The position numbers and the translations under genes were made by a program. From Candidatus Peregrinibacteria bacterium (GTDB lineage Bacteria > Patescibacteriota > Gracilibacteria > UBA1369 > 2-02-FULL-48-14): a stretch of 40,000 bases of DNA. How positions within the stretch are numbered: position 1 is the first letter of the stretch; the number at the start of each line of letters is the position of its first letter. Below the pieces are notes generated by a model. That model saw nothing but the letters and a program-made list of their open reading frames with translations. It was not told where the DNA came from and made no database searches. The stretch lies in NCBI GenBank assembly GCA_018658105.1, contig JABHVW010000006.1:54244-94243 (forward strand), read 5' to 3'. Of the stretch, positions 8,235-17,345 are shown one piece after another.

Positions 8235-8263
8235 TGTATAGCACAGATGCTAGGTCTTTTCAA
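8235..8263 (-). promoter_or_regulatory. possible promoter TTGAAA-17-TATACA for the non-coding unit
   Basis: On the minus strand: TTGAAA (8263-8258), a 17-nt spacer, TATACA (8240-8235). The -10 box lacks the conserved final T, so this is a weak call. Confidence 0.3.
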
Positions 8264-8292
8264 GATATTCAACTGCAAATACTGCTATCATA

Positions 8293-9546
8293 CTAGAGGA
8301 TTAATAGCTCAGGCTTTAGCAGTAATATTAGCCCAAGTGCGAGCATAAGTACGCCGCCGACTAGGTTTGAGTATTTTGAGTATTTTGTTGTGAGGCCGAT
8401 TTTTTCGAAGCTATACAGTGCGATTCCGAAGACGAAGAAGTCGTCGATCATGTAGAAAAGGATGTATAGCGCCATGTAGAATTGGCGAGTTATGAAGTTG
8501 TATTCGTTGATTTCGAGGATTTTTGTGAATGCTTGAGGTATGCCGATTGAGCATGCGAATTCGATAATGTTTACAGAGAATGCAACTGCGATGATTCCGA
8601 GTGCCGTTGCGATAGTTAATTCTGCAGCTACTAAGCCTTTGATCTTTTTGTGAGTTTTTCCTCGTTGTTCAAGATTAGTAACATTGCATGTGCCATCTGA
8701 TTTGTACCCTTCCCAAAGGAAGAAGAGCCCGCCCCCAATTGCGAGCAGCCCAATCATTGGGGTGACGATTTTGTCGAGGCCAATGAAGTCCCATGTTTGG
8801 AACCAAAAGTTTAAAATTAGGTAGTACATTATGGTTTCTGCCAGAATGAATAAACCTGCAATTTGCCACATTTTTTTCTTGTCTCCTACTTGAACGAGAA
8901 TTATTAGAAAAGTAACGAGCACCCACATTGCGCAAGGGTTGAAGCCGTCAATTAGGCCGAGAACACTTGCGAGAACAGGTACAGAATATTGTTTTACGTC
9001 TTTCGCCCCCATAAATGGAATGTTCACCAAAAGTGGTGTGTAACTGTCTGACGAACAAGTTTCGCCTTCTTCGCATGCGCCGCCATCTACTTCTTGAATA
9101 ATTCCTGAGCCGCCTGCGTCAATGAATTCTTGAAAGGAATATTGAGTTTTACCTTTAGAGTTATCTATGATCGTTTCCATCATTACTCCGGTTGTGTCTG
9201 CAGTGCCGAAGCCTTGAACGATAGTATTTCCAATCAATGTGATTGGTGTAACTTTTGGAATTCCTTCAAGTTCAGCGAGCTCTTTCCATAATGCTTCATT
9301 TTCTTCTTCGTAGAGATCGTAATAAGTAACTAGAATGTCGCTGCGTTCTGTTAAGAGCTCGGTTAAAAACTCCTCTTCATCTTGGCAATGTTTGCAGTCG
9401 TATCGTTCGAAAACTTCGATTCTCACGGGTTCTTCAATAATTTCTGCTATTTGCTCTGGTTGTTCTGCGGCCATTGCGGTGCCAACGAAACTAAGTAGGC
9501 CTAGTGCAAGCCATGCAATGCTGATGAGTTTTTTTGATAATTTCAT
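8293..9546 (-). CDS. exported glutaredoxin/thioredoxin-like domain (CKHC) fused to a DsbD/CcdA-like multi-pass membrane domain
   Basis: 417 aa. It has a signal peptide (LALGLLSFVGTAMA/AE), a Trx-fold segment with a C-K-H-C motif, and then about 6 TM helices carrying GFNPCAMWVL and EFACSIGIP. One Cys in each membrane half is the pattern seen in DsbD_2/CcdA electron transporters. Confidence 0.6.
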   Translation of the reverse strand: MKLSKKLISIAWLALGLLSFVGTAMAAEQPEQIAEIIEEPVRIEVFERYDCKHCQDEEEFLTELLTERSDILVTYYDLYEEENEALWKELAELEGIPKVTPITLIGNTIVQGFGTADTTGVMMETIIDNSKGKTQYSFQEFIDAGGSGIIQEVDGGACEEGETCSSDSYTPLLVNIPFMGAKDVKQYSVPVLASVLGLIDGFNPCAMWVLVTFLIILVQVGDKKKMWQIAGLFILAETIMYYLILNFWFQTWDFIGLDKIVTPMIGLLAIGGGLFFLWEGYKSDGTCNVTNLEQRGKTHKKIKGLVAAELTIATALGIIAVAFSVNIIEFACSIGIPQAFTKILEINEYNFITRQFYMALYILFYMIDDFFVFGIALYSFEKIGLTTKYSKYSNLVGGVLMLALGLILLLKPELLIL

Positions 9547-9560
9547 TTTTTTGGGATTAA

Positions 9561-11084
9561 TTAACCTAGACTTTTTCTGAGTATAGCAGCTTCTACAAGA
9601 TCTTCAGAGAAATCTTTTCCGATTCTTTGTTTAAGCGCAATGTTTGAAGTCACGTTTCTATGTAAAAAGTGTTGATCTTTATCTGGACCAAGCTCAATAT
9701 CAAGAATTTCTTCACAAAGTTTTATGTCTTCTTCGATCTCTTGAGCCCACTCTTCTGTTTTTGCATAATGAGCAAGATTTTCTCGATTTAAAAATTTTCC
9801 TGCATGTTTGAGTTCATGGCGAAGTGTGAAAAAGTGATCTTCTAAAGTTGGGATTAAACCTTTTTCTTTGGCTACTTTTAGCCCGCGGCCTGTGCCGATG
9901 AACTCGGGCGGCACTCCAAGTGAATAGCATGCTGCCGTAAACTTGATTGCGCGAGGTAGTGAAACCTCACCAACGCCTCTGTTGTAACCGAATAAGCCGT
10001 TGTGTTGAACTCTTTCCCTTCTGCTAGGCACTGATTCTGCCATCTGGTTAATCATGGTTGAGAACTTCTCAATTGTTGGCCTGTAGAATTTTTTGAAAAT
10101 GTCACAGAGCTCTAAAACTTTTGCGAATTCTTCGTCTGAGTATTTGATTTCTTCAGGCTCGGCGAATGCTTCTTCGATTTTTTTCATTGCTGATTTAACC
10201 TGATCAACAGGGTAATCGTAACGAAATGCAGATTGAACTGTGATAGTTTTGCAACCTTTATATTGTTGAAGACTTCGTTCGATATTATCTGGATTTATTC
10301 CTCCACGGAAAGGCAAAGAGCCTGCGCCAATAATTGGATAGATTGGGATGCCGAAGTCATTTTGTATTCTGTAAAATTCGCGAAGTGCCAAACGAGAGCC
10401 GAGCACAGCTGGCACTAAACCTGCATTTAATGCTGGATCGCTACGGGCGATAAATACGCGCATATAGGGTGGATAGCATCCGAATTCCTTTTTATGAAGA
10501 ATTAAGAAGTTTTCTAGAAGTGTGTATGCTCCCGCGAAATCTTCTACGCTCTCTATTAAAGGGATAATATGAATGTAGCCGTCACCGAAATTCTGGCTTC
10601 CAAAAATCTCTTCGTGGACTTTGGCCATCTTTCTGAATGTGCTTTGAATGTGAATCAATTGATCTGCACGAGTTGTCATTGGCAAAATGAATTCGAAAAC
10701 GGGTGGTGTGTTTAAGCCCAAAGCGTTAACAAATTCTGATGCTGACAAAACGCTCATGTAGGCGCGTGCTAGTTTGAATGTTTTTTCTTCCCAAACGTTT
10801 GGCACACGCAAAGTAATAAACCTGTCGCGGCCGAGTTCTTCTTGCTGGAATGGCTTTAAATGTACGCTTAGTAATTTTTCAATCATTGCTTCATCTGCAA
10901 ACTTTCCTTCCCAGTCCCACATAAATTCGTCGCAGCCTAGCTCAAAGAAGTTCTGAAAGATTTCTTCCATTTCTTGGCCGCGCGAGATAAATGCGCTTTC
11001 TGCCCAAAATGGCACAGATGCATTATCTGGATGCTGAGTGCCCATTAATAATGGGATTTTTCGATTTTTTTGCGCTGTGAACAT
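9561..11084 (-). CDS. ppcA: archaeal-type phosphoenolpyruvate carboxylase (PepcA family)
   Basis: 507 aa, versus about 880-970 aa for bacterial Ppc. The N-terminal IPLLMGTQHPDN motif and overall length match the short archaeal-type PEPC family. Confidence 0.8.
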   Translation of the reverse strand: MFTAQKNRKIPLLMGTQHPDNASVPFWAESAFISRGQEMEEIFQNFFELGCDEFMWDWEGKFADEAMIEKLLSVHLKPFQQEELGRDRFITLRVPNVWEEKTFKLARAYMSVLSASEFVNALGLNTPPVFEFILPMTTRADQLIHIQSTFRKMAKVHEEIFGSQNFGDGYIHIIPLIESVEDFAGAYTLLENFLILHKKEFGCYPPYMRVFIARSDPALNAGLVPAVLGSRLALREFYRIQNDFGIPIYPIIGAGSLPFRGGINPDNIERSLQQYKGCKTITVQSAFRYDYPVDQVKSAMKKIEEAFAEPEEIKYSDEEFAKVLELCDIFKKFYRPTIEKFSTMINQMAESVPSRRERVQHNGLFGYNRGVGEVSLPRAIKFTAACYSLGVPPEFIGTGRGLKVAKEKGLIPTLEDHFFTLRHELKHAGKFLNRENLAHYAKTEEWAQEIEEDIKLCEEILDIELGPDKDQHFLHRNVTSNIALKQRIGKDFSEDLVEAAILRKSLG

Positions 11085-11133
11085 ATGTAAGAAGATCTTA
11101 CTGAATTTGTGGTCTTAGTTCAGCCACTTGCCC

Positions 11134-11161
11134 TTGACTTTTTAGGTTATTCTTATATAAT
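11134..11161 (+). promoter_or_regulatory. sigma70-type promoter TTGACT-16-TATAAT for the efflux operon
   Basis: TTGACT at 11134-11139, a 16-nt spacer, TATAAT at 11156-11161. The ATG at 11182 lies 20 nt downstream. Confidence 0.5.
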
Positions 11162-11181
11162 TCTTGCTCGTTACAAAAAAC

Positions 11182-12384
11182 ATGAAAAAACTTATATTTA
11201 GGAACATTTTGATAGGAATTCTGATTGGTTCATCTACACTATTTGCAGGTGTGAGATTTTTTGAATCTGCAACTGCTGATGAACTTATTGAGCCAAAAAA
11301 GAAAATCGTGAAAGTGCTTGATAAAACTGATTTAGAGCATAATGTGAGTGAATTGGTGGCATATGGTGAAATTGAAGCGATTCAAGATTTTGACCTCGCC
11401 TTTCAGGTAAATGGAAAAGTGAAATATGTTTATTTGAAGCCGGGTGCGCATGTTTACCCTGGGCAAGCAATTGCTCTGATTGAAAATGATGCCTTGGCGG
11501 CGCAAGTTAGCCAAGCTGCTGCAGGATTTGACGCTGCATATAATTCATATTTAAGCACTACTGCTGGCGTGCATGATTTACAGATTGAATCTGCTAGATC
11601 ACAGGTTAAAATTGCTAGCTTGCAATTAGAACAGCTTGAAGAATCGATGGAAGAATTAGATGATCAAGATTTGGATACTGAGCAAATTGAGCTGCAGATT
11701 GAAATGCAAGAAGAGGTTGTAGATCAAATGTATTATTCCCTTGAGGTGCTTAGAGATGGGCCGAAAGACACGGACCTTTCTGCACAATGGGCAATGGTTG
11801 AGCAGGCTCGTGCTGGCCTGGAAGGTGCAGTTGCCGCTTATGACGAAATCATTCTAAGAGCGCCAAGTTCTGGTGAGCTTGTGACTTTGAATTTGACCCC
11901 TGGTGAGCAAGTTAATCCTGGGCAAGCGATTGGACGAGTAATCAATAGAGACAATATTGAAGTTGTGACTTATCTTTCAAGTAAAGATATCCGCAAAATT
12001 TCAGGTGGGAATGAAGCATTTGTTGATAATCGTTACCCTGGAAAGGTTATTGGGATTTCATCTAGAACAGATGAATTTAATGGGAAAAGAAAAGTTAGAA
12101 TTGAAATGCCTTTTCTGGGCCAGCTAACTGTTGGAGACACCGTTAGAGTTGAAATCGATGAGAATCTGTCGAATGAGCTTTTGCTTGTGCCTTTAACTGC
12201 AATTCAGCTTGATGATGAGGATTCGTATGTATTTGTTTACGACGATGGCATTGCTAAGGCTTTGAATGTTAGATCTTGGGATGTAAGAGGGAATTTTATT
12301 GAGGTGAGTGGGCTTGGAGATGTGAAGATTTTAGAGTTTATTTCAGGAATAAAAGAAGGAGATTTACTCGAACTAAGCAAATAA
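11182..12384 (+). CDS. efflux RND transporter periplasmic adaptor (HlyD/MFP family)
   Basis: 400 aa from the ATG at 11182. The track ORF starts at a TTG at 11164, which lies inside or at the promoter. It has an N-terminal anchor, a lipoyl-like hairpin (GKVKYVYLKPGAHVYPGQAIALIEND ... LRAPSSGELVTLNLTPGEQVNPGQAIGRV) and a coiled-coil insert. Confidence 0.8.
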   Translation: MKKLIFRNILIGILIGSSTLFAGVRFFESATADELIEPKKKIVKVLDKTDLEHNVSELVAYGEIEAIQDFDLAFQVNGKVKYVYLKPGAHVYPGQAIALIENDALAAQVSQAAAGFDAAYNSYLSTTAGVHDLQIESARSQVKIASLQLEQLEESMEELDDQDLDTEQIELQIEMQEEVVDQMYYSLEVLRDGPKDTDLSAQWAMVEQARAGLEGAVAAYDEIILRAPSSGELVTLNLTPGEQVNPGQAIGRVINRDNIEVVTYLSSKDIRKISGGNEAFVDNRYPGKVIGISSRTDEFNGKRKVRIEMPFLGQLTVGDTVRVEIDENLSNELLLVPLTAIQLDDEDSYVFVYDDGIAKALNVRSWDVRGNFIEVSGLGDVKILEFISGIKEGDLLELSK

Positions 12385-12385
12385 T

Positions 12386-15300
12386 ATGTGGGAATTTTTA
12401 GTTGAAAGATTTCGGTTCACCCTGCTCATAATTTTGATGATTGTCTTGATGGGTGGTTTTGCCTTGTTGAGCTTGCCACGTGAAGCCTCCCCTGAGGTGA
12501 AAGTGCCTTTTGCATCTGTTACAACAATTTACCCTGGTGCAAGCCCGGTTGATATTGAAAAGCTGATAACTGAGCCAATTGAGGAAAATCTTAGTGGGAT
12601 TACGGATCTAAAAAGTATGAGTTCTGGCTCTTCTGAGAGTATGTCTAATATTTTTTTAGAGTTTGAGACTGATGCTGACATAAAAGATAGGGTTAGGGCT
12701 GTTGAAGATGCTGTGAGCCAAGTGGAGCGGTCTCTGCCAGATGGGGCGGAGGATCCAATTGTTGCTGAGCTTAACTTCAATAATCAGCCGATTTTGATTT
12801 TGTCTTTGAGTAGTGATCTACCTCATAGTGAGCTTGTTTTACAGGCTGAGCTTTTGGAAAGTAAAATAAGTGAAATCAATGGGATTTCATCTGTTGAGCT
12901 GCTTGGTGTGAGAGACAAAGTTATCAATGTTAGCCTTGATCCTGCTTCGTTAACTCAGTTTGGAATTTCTGTTACAGAGGTTATGATGGCTATTCAATCA
13001 GCTGAAAGCAATCTGCCAATTGGTTCGATTGAATCGAATGATGTGAGTACTAATTTACGTTTCAGCTCTGAGCTTGAACTTGAATCATTGAACACATTAA
13101 TTGTTCGGCAAAATGGAAATGCATCGATTTATTTGAGAGATCTTGCTGAAATTCGCTTTGAACTTGAAGAAGAAACTCAGCTTTCTAGAACTAGTTTTCA
13201 AGCTGGAAAACCTCAAAATGCGATATCAATAAATGTTTATAAAGGCTCTGGTGGAGATATAATTGAGATGGTGAATCAGATTGATGAGATTATTGCTACT
13301 CTTCAAGAGGATGAATTAAGTGGTACGACAGTTTTTGCATCCCTTGATTCTGCACAAGATATTAGAGATCAGCTTAGAGATTTAAGCTTGAGTGGCCTAC
13401 AAACTATCATTCTTGTGGGATTGATTTTATTCTTTGTTCTTGGTTTTAGGGAGGCACTTGTTGCTGGATTCTCTATTCCGCTGACATTTTTGATTACATT
13501 TTTTGGACTTTCGGTTACGGGTGCAACTCTTAACTTTTTGTCTTTATTCTCACTAATTTTGGCGCTAGGAATTCTGGTTGATACGGGGATTGTGATTACT
13601 GAAGGAATGCATAGCAGGTTAGATGCGGGTAAAAGCCGTAGAGCAGTTGCTCTTGAAACGGTGAGAGAATATCAATGGCCGCTAATTTCAGGGACAATGA
13701 CTACTGTTGCGGCCTTTTTGCCAATGCTGTTTATGACTGGGATTATTGGTGAATTCATCAAACATATCCCTAGAACTGTTGTAATGACTCTTCTGGCTTC
13801 CCTCTTTGTTGGGCTTGGAATTCTTCCATCAATAGGCTCAAGACTGCTGCAAGCTAGGGAAAAGAAGGTTTCGTGGTCTGAAAGAAAGCTGAATGGTGTT
13901 AGAGAAACGTACAGAAATCTTTTGGATTGGATTCTTGCTTATAAACGAAGGCAGACTGCTTTAATTGGCTTTATGATCTTTATGTTTTTTGTGAGCATGT
14001 CTCTGCCTGCATTGGGCATTTTGAATATGACTATGTTCCCACCAGCAGATTACTATCTTTTCTTTATTGAGATTGAACTTCCGAAAGGCTCACAATTAAG
14101 TGAAACTGAAGCTGTTGTTAAGGAAATTGAACTAGAGCTTTTACAAGAGACTGATATTGAGTCTTTTGTGTCTACGGTTGGTAGTGCAGGAACGCTTTCG
14201 AGCGGAGACCTGGGCACGACTACAATTACTAATTCTCATCTGGCGAATTTCACTATCAACCTGAAAGATGATCGTGAACGTAGTGCATTAGATATTGTCG
14301 CTGACTATCAAGAAAGATTTATTGCAATTAAAGGAGCGGACGTAGAAGTAATTGGTGTTTCAGATGGCCCACCTACTGCAGCTGCAATTGAGTTTAAAAT
14401 TTATGGCGATGATTTGGATCTTTTGAAAGTATATAGTGATGAAGCTGTTGCTCTTTTGGAATCGATTGAGGGGACAAACAATGTTAATTCAAGTTTGAAT
14501 GAAAAGAGCTATGAATTTGTGATGAGAGTTGACCATCAAAAAGTGCAGGCTGCAGGTTTAAATGCGAGCACACTGGCACAAATTGCTAGGATTTCTGTAA
14601 GTGGGATTAATGCCGCGACTATCTCTGTTGATGGCAAAGATACTGATCTTATTTTGAAAACTTCATCTGATACTGACATTCAAGATGTGCTTGCTTTGCC
14701 GATTATTAGCCCTACGAATACCTTCCCTCTTTCTTATTTTGTTGAGCTGTCTTATGAGGCGGCGCCGAGTACGATTGCTAGATCTGATGGAGATAGAAGT
14801 GTAAATATTAGCTCTGATTTGGACTCAGGAGTAATTGCTACAACTATTCTGCCTGAGTTTCAAGAGAAGTTTGACCCTGACTTTGCAGATGGCTACCGCA
14901 TAGAATTTGGCGGAGAAGCTGAGGAAATGGCTGAATCTTTTGCCAGCCTAGGCCGCGCAATGATAGCTGGGATGTTCTTAATTTTGATCATACTTGTGAT
15001 TCAATTTAATTCATTCAAGCAAAGCTTGATCATATTATTCACTATTCCACTGGCCCTGATTGGTGTTTTCTTTGGCCTTTCCGCAGTGATGCTTCCACTT
15101 AGCTTCCCTGCATTTATTGGAATTGTTGCCTTGGCCGGGATTGTTGTGAACAATGCGATTATTTTGATCGATAGAATCAACAAAAACATACTTGAAGGAA
15201 TGACTAAAGAAGAAGCTATTTCGAGTGCTGGCGCATCTAGATTCCAACCGATTTTGCTGACTAGTATTACAACTGTTGCTGGTATTTTGCCGCTTGCGCT

Positions 15301-15442
15301 AAGTGATCCGGGTTGGGGACCGCTTGGTTTCTCAATTATATTTGGACTGCTTTTCTCTACACTATTAACACTGCTGGTTATTCCTGCATGTTATCAACGT
15401 TTTATTAAACACCAAGAGCTTTCTGAAATTCAGGATCAATAG
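12386..15442 (+). CDS. RND efflux permease (AcrB/AcrD/AcrF family)
   Basis: 1018 aa with a 12-TM, two-large-loop architecture. ACR_tran-like blocks are present (VTTIYPGASP, GILVDTGIVITE, AGIVVNNAIILID). It starts 1 nt after the adaptor stop. Confidence 0.9.
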   Translation: MWEFLVERFRFTLLIILMIVLMGGFALLSLPREASPEVKVPFASVTTIYPGASPVDIEKLITEPIEENLSGITDLKSMSSGSSESMSNIFLEFETDADIKDRVRAVEDAVSQVERSLPDGAEDPIVAELNFNNQPILILSLSSDLPHSELVLQAELLESKISEINGISSVELLGVRDKVINVSLDPASLTQFGISVTEVMMAIQSAESNLPIGSIESNDVSTNLRFSSELELESLNTLIVRQNGNASIYLRDLAEIRFELEEETQLSRTSFQAGKPQNAISINVYKGSGGDIIEMVNQIDEIIATLQEDELSGTTVFASLDSAQDIRDQLRDLSLSGLQTIILVGLILFFVLGFREALVAGFSIPLTFLITFFGLSVTGATLNFLSLFSLILALGILVDTGIVITEGMHSRLDAGKSRRAVALETVREYQWPLISGTMTTVAAFLPMLFMTGIIGEFIKHIPRTVVMTLLASLFVGLGILPSIGSRLLQAREKKVSWSERKLNGVRETYRNLLDWILAYKRRQTALIGFMIFMFFVSMSLPALGILNMTMFPPADYYLFFIEIELPKGSQLSETEAVVKEIELELLQETDIESFVSTVGSAGTLSSGDLGTTTITNSHLANFTINLKDDRERSALDIVADYQERFIAIKGADVEVIGVSDGPPTAAAIEFKIYGDDLDLLKVYSDEAVALLESIEGTNNVNSSLNEKSYEFVMRVDHQKVQAAGLNASTLAQIARISVSGINAATISVDGKDTDLILKTSSDTDIQDVLALPIISPTNTFPLSYFVELSYEAAPSTIARSDGDRSVNISSDLDSGVIATTILPEFQEKFDPDFADGYRIEFGGEAEEMAESFASLGRAMIAGMFLILIILVIQFNSFKQSLIILFTIPLALIGVFFGLSAVMLPLSFPAFIGIVALAGIVVNNAIILIDRINKNILEGMTKEEAISSAGASRFQPILLTSITTVAGILPLALSDPGWGPLGFSIIFGLLFSTLLTLLVIPACYQRFIKHQELSEIQDQ

Positions 15443-16004
15443 AAAGTCGGCTTTCAACTGGCAATTCTTGACCTTGGTATTTTGAGCATGCCTTCTTGTT
15501 GTATGGCACCTCAGCTGGAGATGTCATTGTTTCGAATGCTAATTGGCAAACTCTCATGCCTGGGTAAAGTGCGACAGGCATTCTATTTATATTTGTAATC
15601 TCTAGAGTAATTGTTCCTTCGAAGCCTGCGTCGATGAAGCCGGCTGTGGAATGTATAATTATTCCTAGGCGACCGAGTGAACTTCGGCCTTCAACTCTTG
15701 CAACAATGTCATCTGGCAACTTCACTTTTTCAAGGGTAACACCAAGGATGAAATCGCCTGGATGAACAATGAATGGTTGGCCCGGTTCAGTGATTTCTAT
15801 CATTTTTGTAAGACCCTTGAAGTCTTTCATTTTAACTGGATCTAGCACTGGTGACTTTGAGTGCTCGTATAGCTTGAAATATTTGCCAAGGCGAAAATCC
15901 ATACTTGAGGCATGAATATTTTTGATGTGATCGTCCAAAGGAGAAGTAACGGCAATGCGCCCCTCCTTGATTTGTTTTTTGATATCGCGGTCTGAAAGTA
16001 TCAT
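15405..16004 (-). CDS. dcd: dCTP deaminase
   Basis: 199 aa. MILSDRDIKKQIKEGRI ... DFRLG ... IHSTAGFIDAGFEG match Dcd. Its 3' end overlaps the RND gene's 3' end by 38 nt (convergent). Confidence 0.9.
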   Translation of the reverse strand: MILSDRDIKKQIKEGRIAVTSPLDDHIKNIHASSMDFRLGKYFKLYEHSKSPVLDPVKMKDFKGLTKMIEITEPGQPFIVHPGDFILGVTLEKVKLPDDIVARVEGRSSLGRLGIIIHSTAGFIDAGFEGTITLEITNINRMPVALYPGMRVCQLAFETMTSPAEVPYNKKACSKYQGQELPVESRLSIDPEFQKALGV

Positions 16005-17345
16005 TTAAAGTGTGTTAGCTAAGCCAATGTACGTCGATGGGCTTAATTCTAGCAAGCGCTTTTTAGCGTCTTCAGGTAAATCGAGGCCTTGCACAAATTC
16101 CTGAATGCTGTCTTTTGTGATTTCTGCCCCACGAGTTAGCCCTTTGAGCTGTTCGTATGCGTCTGTAATTCCGTATCGACGCATCATCATTTGAATTGGT
16201 TCCGCCAATAGCGCCCAATTTTTGTCGAGATCTTCATTTAGTCTAGCTTCATTAACTTGAAGTTTTCCAATTCCGCGAAGTGCACTTTTGTAGCCAATCA
16301 GCGAGTAGCCGAAGCCAACACCCATGTTTCTTAGCACGGTACTATCTGTTAAATCGCGCTGCATTCTTGAAGCTGGAAGTTTAGTACCCATGTGATTAAA
16401 AACTGCATTTGCCAGCCCAAGGTTACCTTCGCTGTTTTCGAAGTCGATTGGGTTTACCTTGTGAGGCATTGTAGATGAGCCAACTTCGCCTTCTACAAGT
16501 TTTTGTTTGAAATAACCGCGAGAGACGTAAGCCCAAATATCGCGGTCAAAGTCGAGTAAAATAGTGTTAACACGGCTGAAGATATCGAAAATTTCTGCCA
16601 TGTAGTCGTGTGGTTCGATTTGTGTTGTGTAACGCTGCCATGTGAAGCCGAGGCCTTCAACAAATTTTCTGGATGCTGCTGGCCAATCTACATCTGGATA
16701 AGTCACAACATGTGCATTTAAGTTACCGCTGGCTCCGTTAATTTTACCCAAATACTCTGCTTTTTTCAGTTGTTCGATCTGGCGGAAAAGTCTTGCGCCC
16801 ACATTTTTAAACTCCTTTCCAACGGTTGTTGGTGTGGCTGGTTGGCCGTGAGTATGTGACATCATTGGAATTGCAGAATGAGCTTCGGCAAATTCTTTAA
16901 GTGCTGCAAGCACTTCTTCTAATTTAGGAAGCATTACCTTTTGCACGCCCATTTTTATCATTTGTGCATGTGAGAGATTGTTTATGTCTTCAGATGTACA
17001 TGCGAAATGTATGTAAGAAATTAAATCCTCACGTTTTAATGTTTTCAAAGCTTTCTGCAAAAAATATTCTACTGCTTTTACATCGTGGTTTGTTGTTTTT
17101 TCAATATCTTTTACTTCTTCTGCAAATTCCTCTTGAAAATCTGTATATAGCTTTCTAAGTGATGCTACCTCTTGTTCGCTGAGTGGCGCTGCGTCTTCTA
17201 GTTTGAGCTCGTTACATAGGAATATTAGCCATTCTACTTCGACTGCTACTCTACTGCGGATGAGGCCGGCTTCAGAGAAGAACTCATTGAGCTCTTTTAC
17301 TTTTCCTGCGTACCTTCCATCTAGTGGTGAAAGTGCGTTAATCAT
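16005..17345 (-). CDS. purB: adenylosuccinate lyase
   Basis: 446 aa. It has the fumarate-lyase signature GSSTMPHKVNP and the N-terminal LSPLDGRY typical of PurB. Confidence 0.92.
   Translation of the reverse strand: MINALSPLDGRYAGKVKELNEFFSEAGLIRSRVAVEVEWLIFLCNELKLEDAAPLSEQEVASLRKLYTDFQEEFAEEVKDIEKTTNHDVKAVEYFLQKALKTLKREDLISYIHFACTSEDINNLSHAQMIKMGVQKVMLPKLEEVLAALKEFAEAHSAIPMMSHTHGQPATPTTVGKEFKNVGARLFRQIEQLKKAEYLGKINGASGNLNAHVVTYPDVDWPAASRKFVEGLGFTWQRYTTQIEPHDYMAEIFDIFSRVNTILLDFDRDIWAYVSRGYFKQKLVEGEVGSSTMPHKVNPIDFENSEGNLGLANAVFNHMGTKLPASRMQRDLTDSTVLRNMGVGFGYSLIGYKSALRGIGKLQVNEARLNEDLDKNWALLAEPIQMMMRRYGITDAYEQLKGLTRGAEITKDSIQEFVQGLDLPEDAKKRLLELSPSTYIGLANTL

Noticed and set aside
7826-8263. Retron msr/msd, CRISPR array or type III toxin-antitoxin repeat RNA in the large gap
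   Set aside because: There is no adjacent reverse transcriptase, cas gene or toxin gene, and no tandem array of spacer-separated repeats. The only repeats are three dispersed 7-9-nt motifs.
8675-8935. Same-strand nested 86-aa ORF inside the Trx/DsbD gene
   Set aside because: It is an alternative frame of a gene with a clear membrane-protein signal, has a Arg/Asn/Gly-rich composition, and has no independent support.
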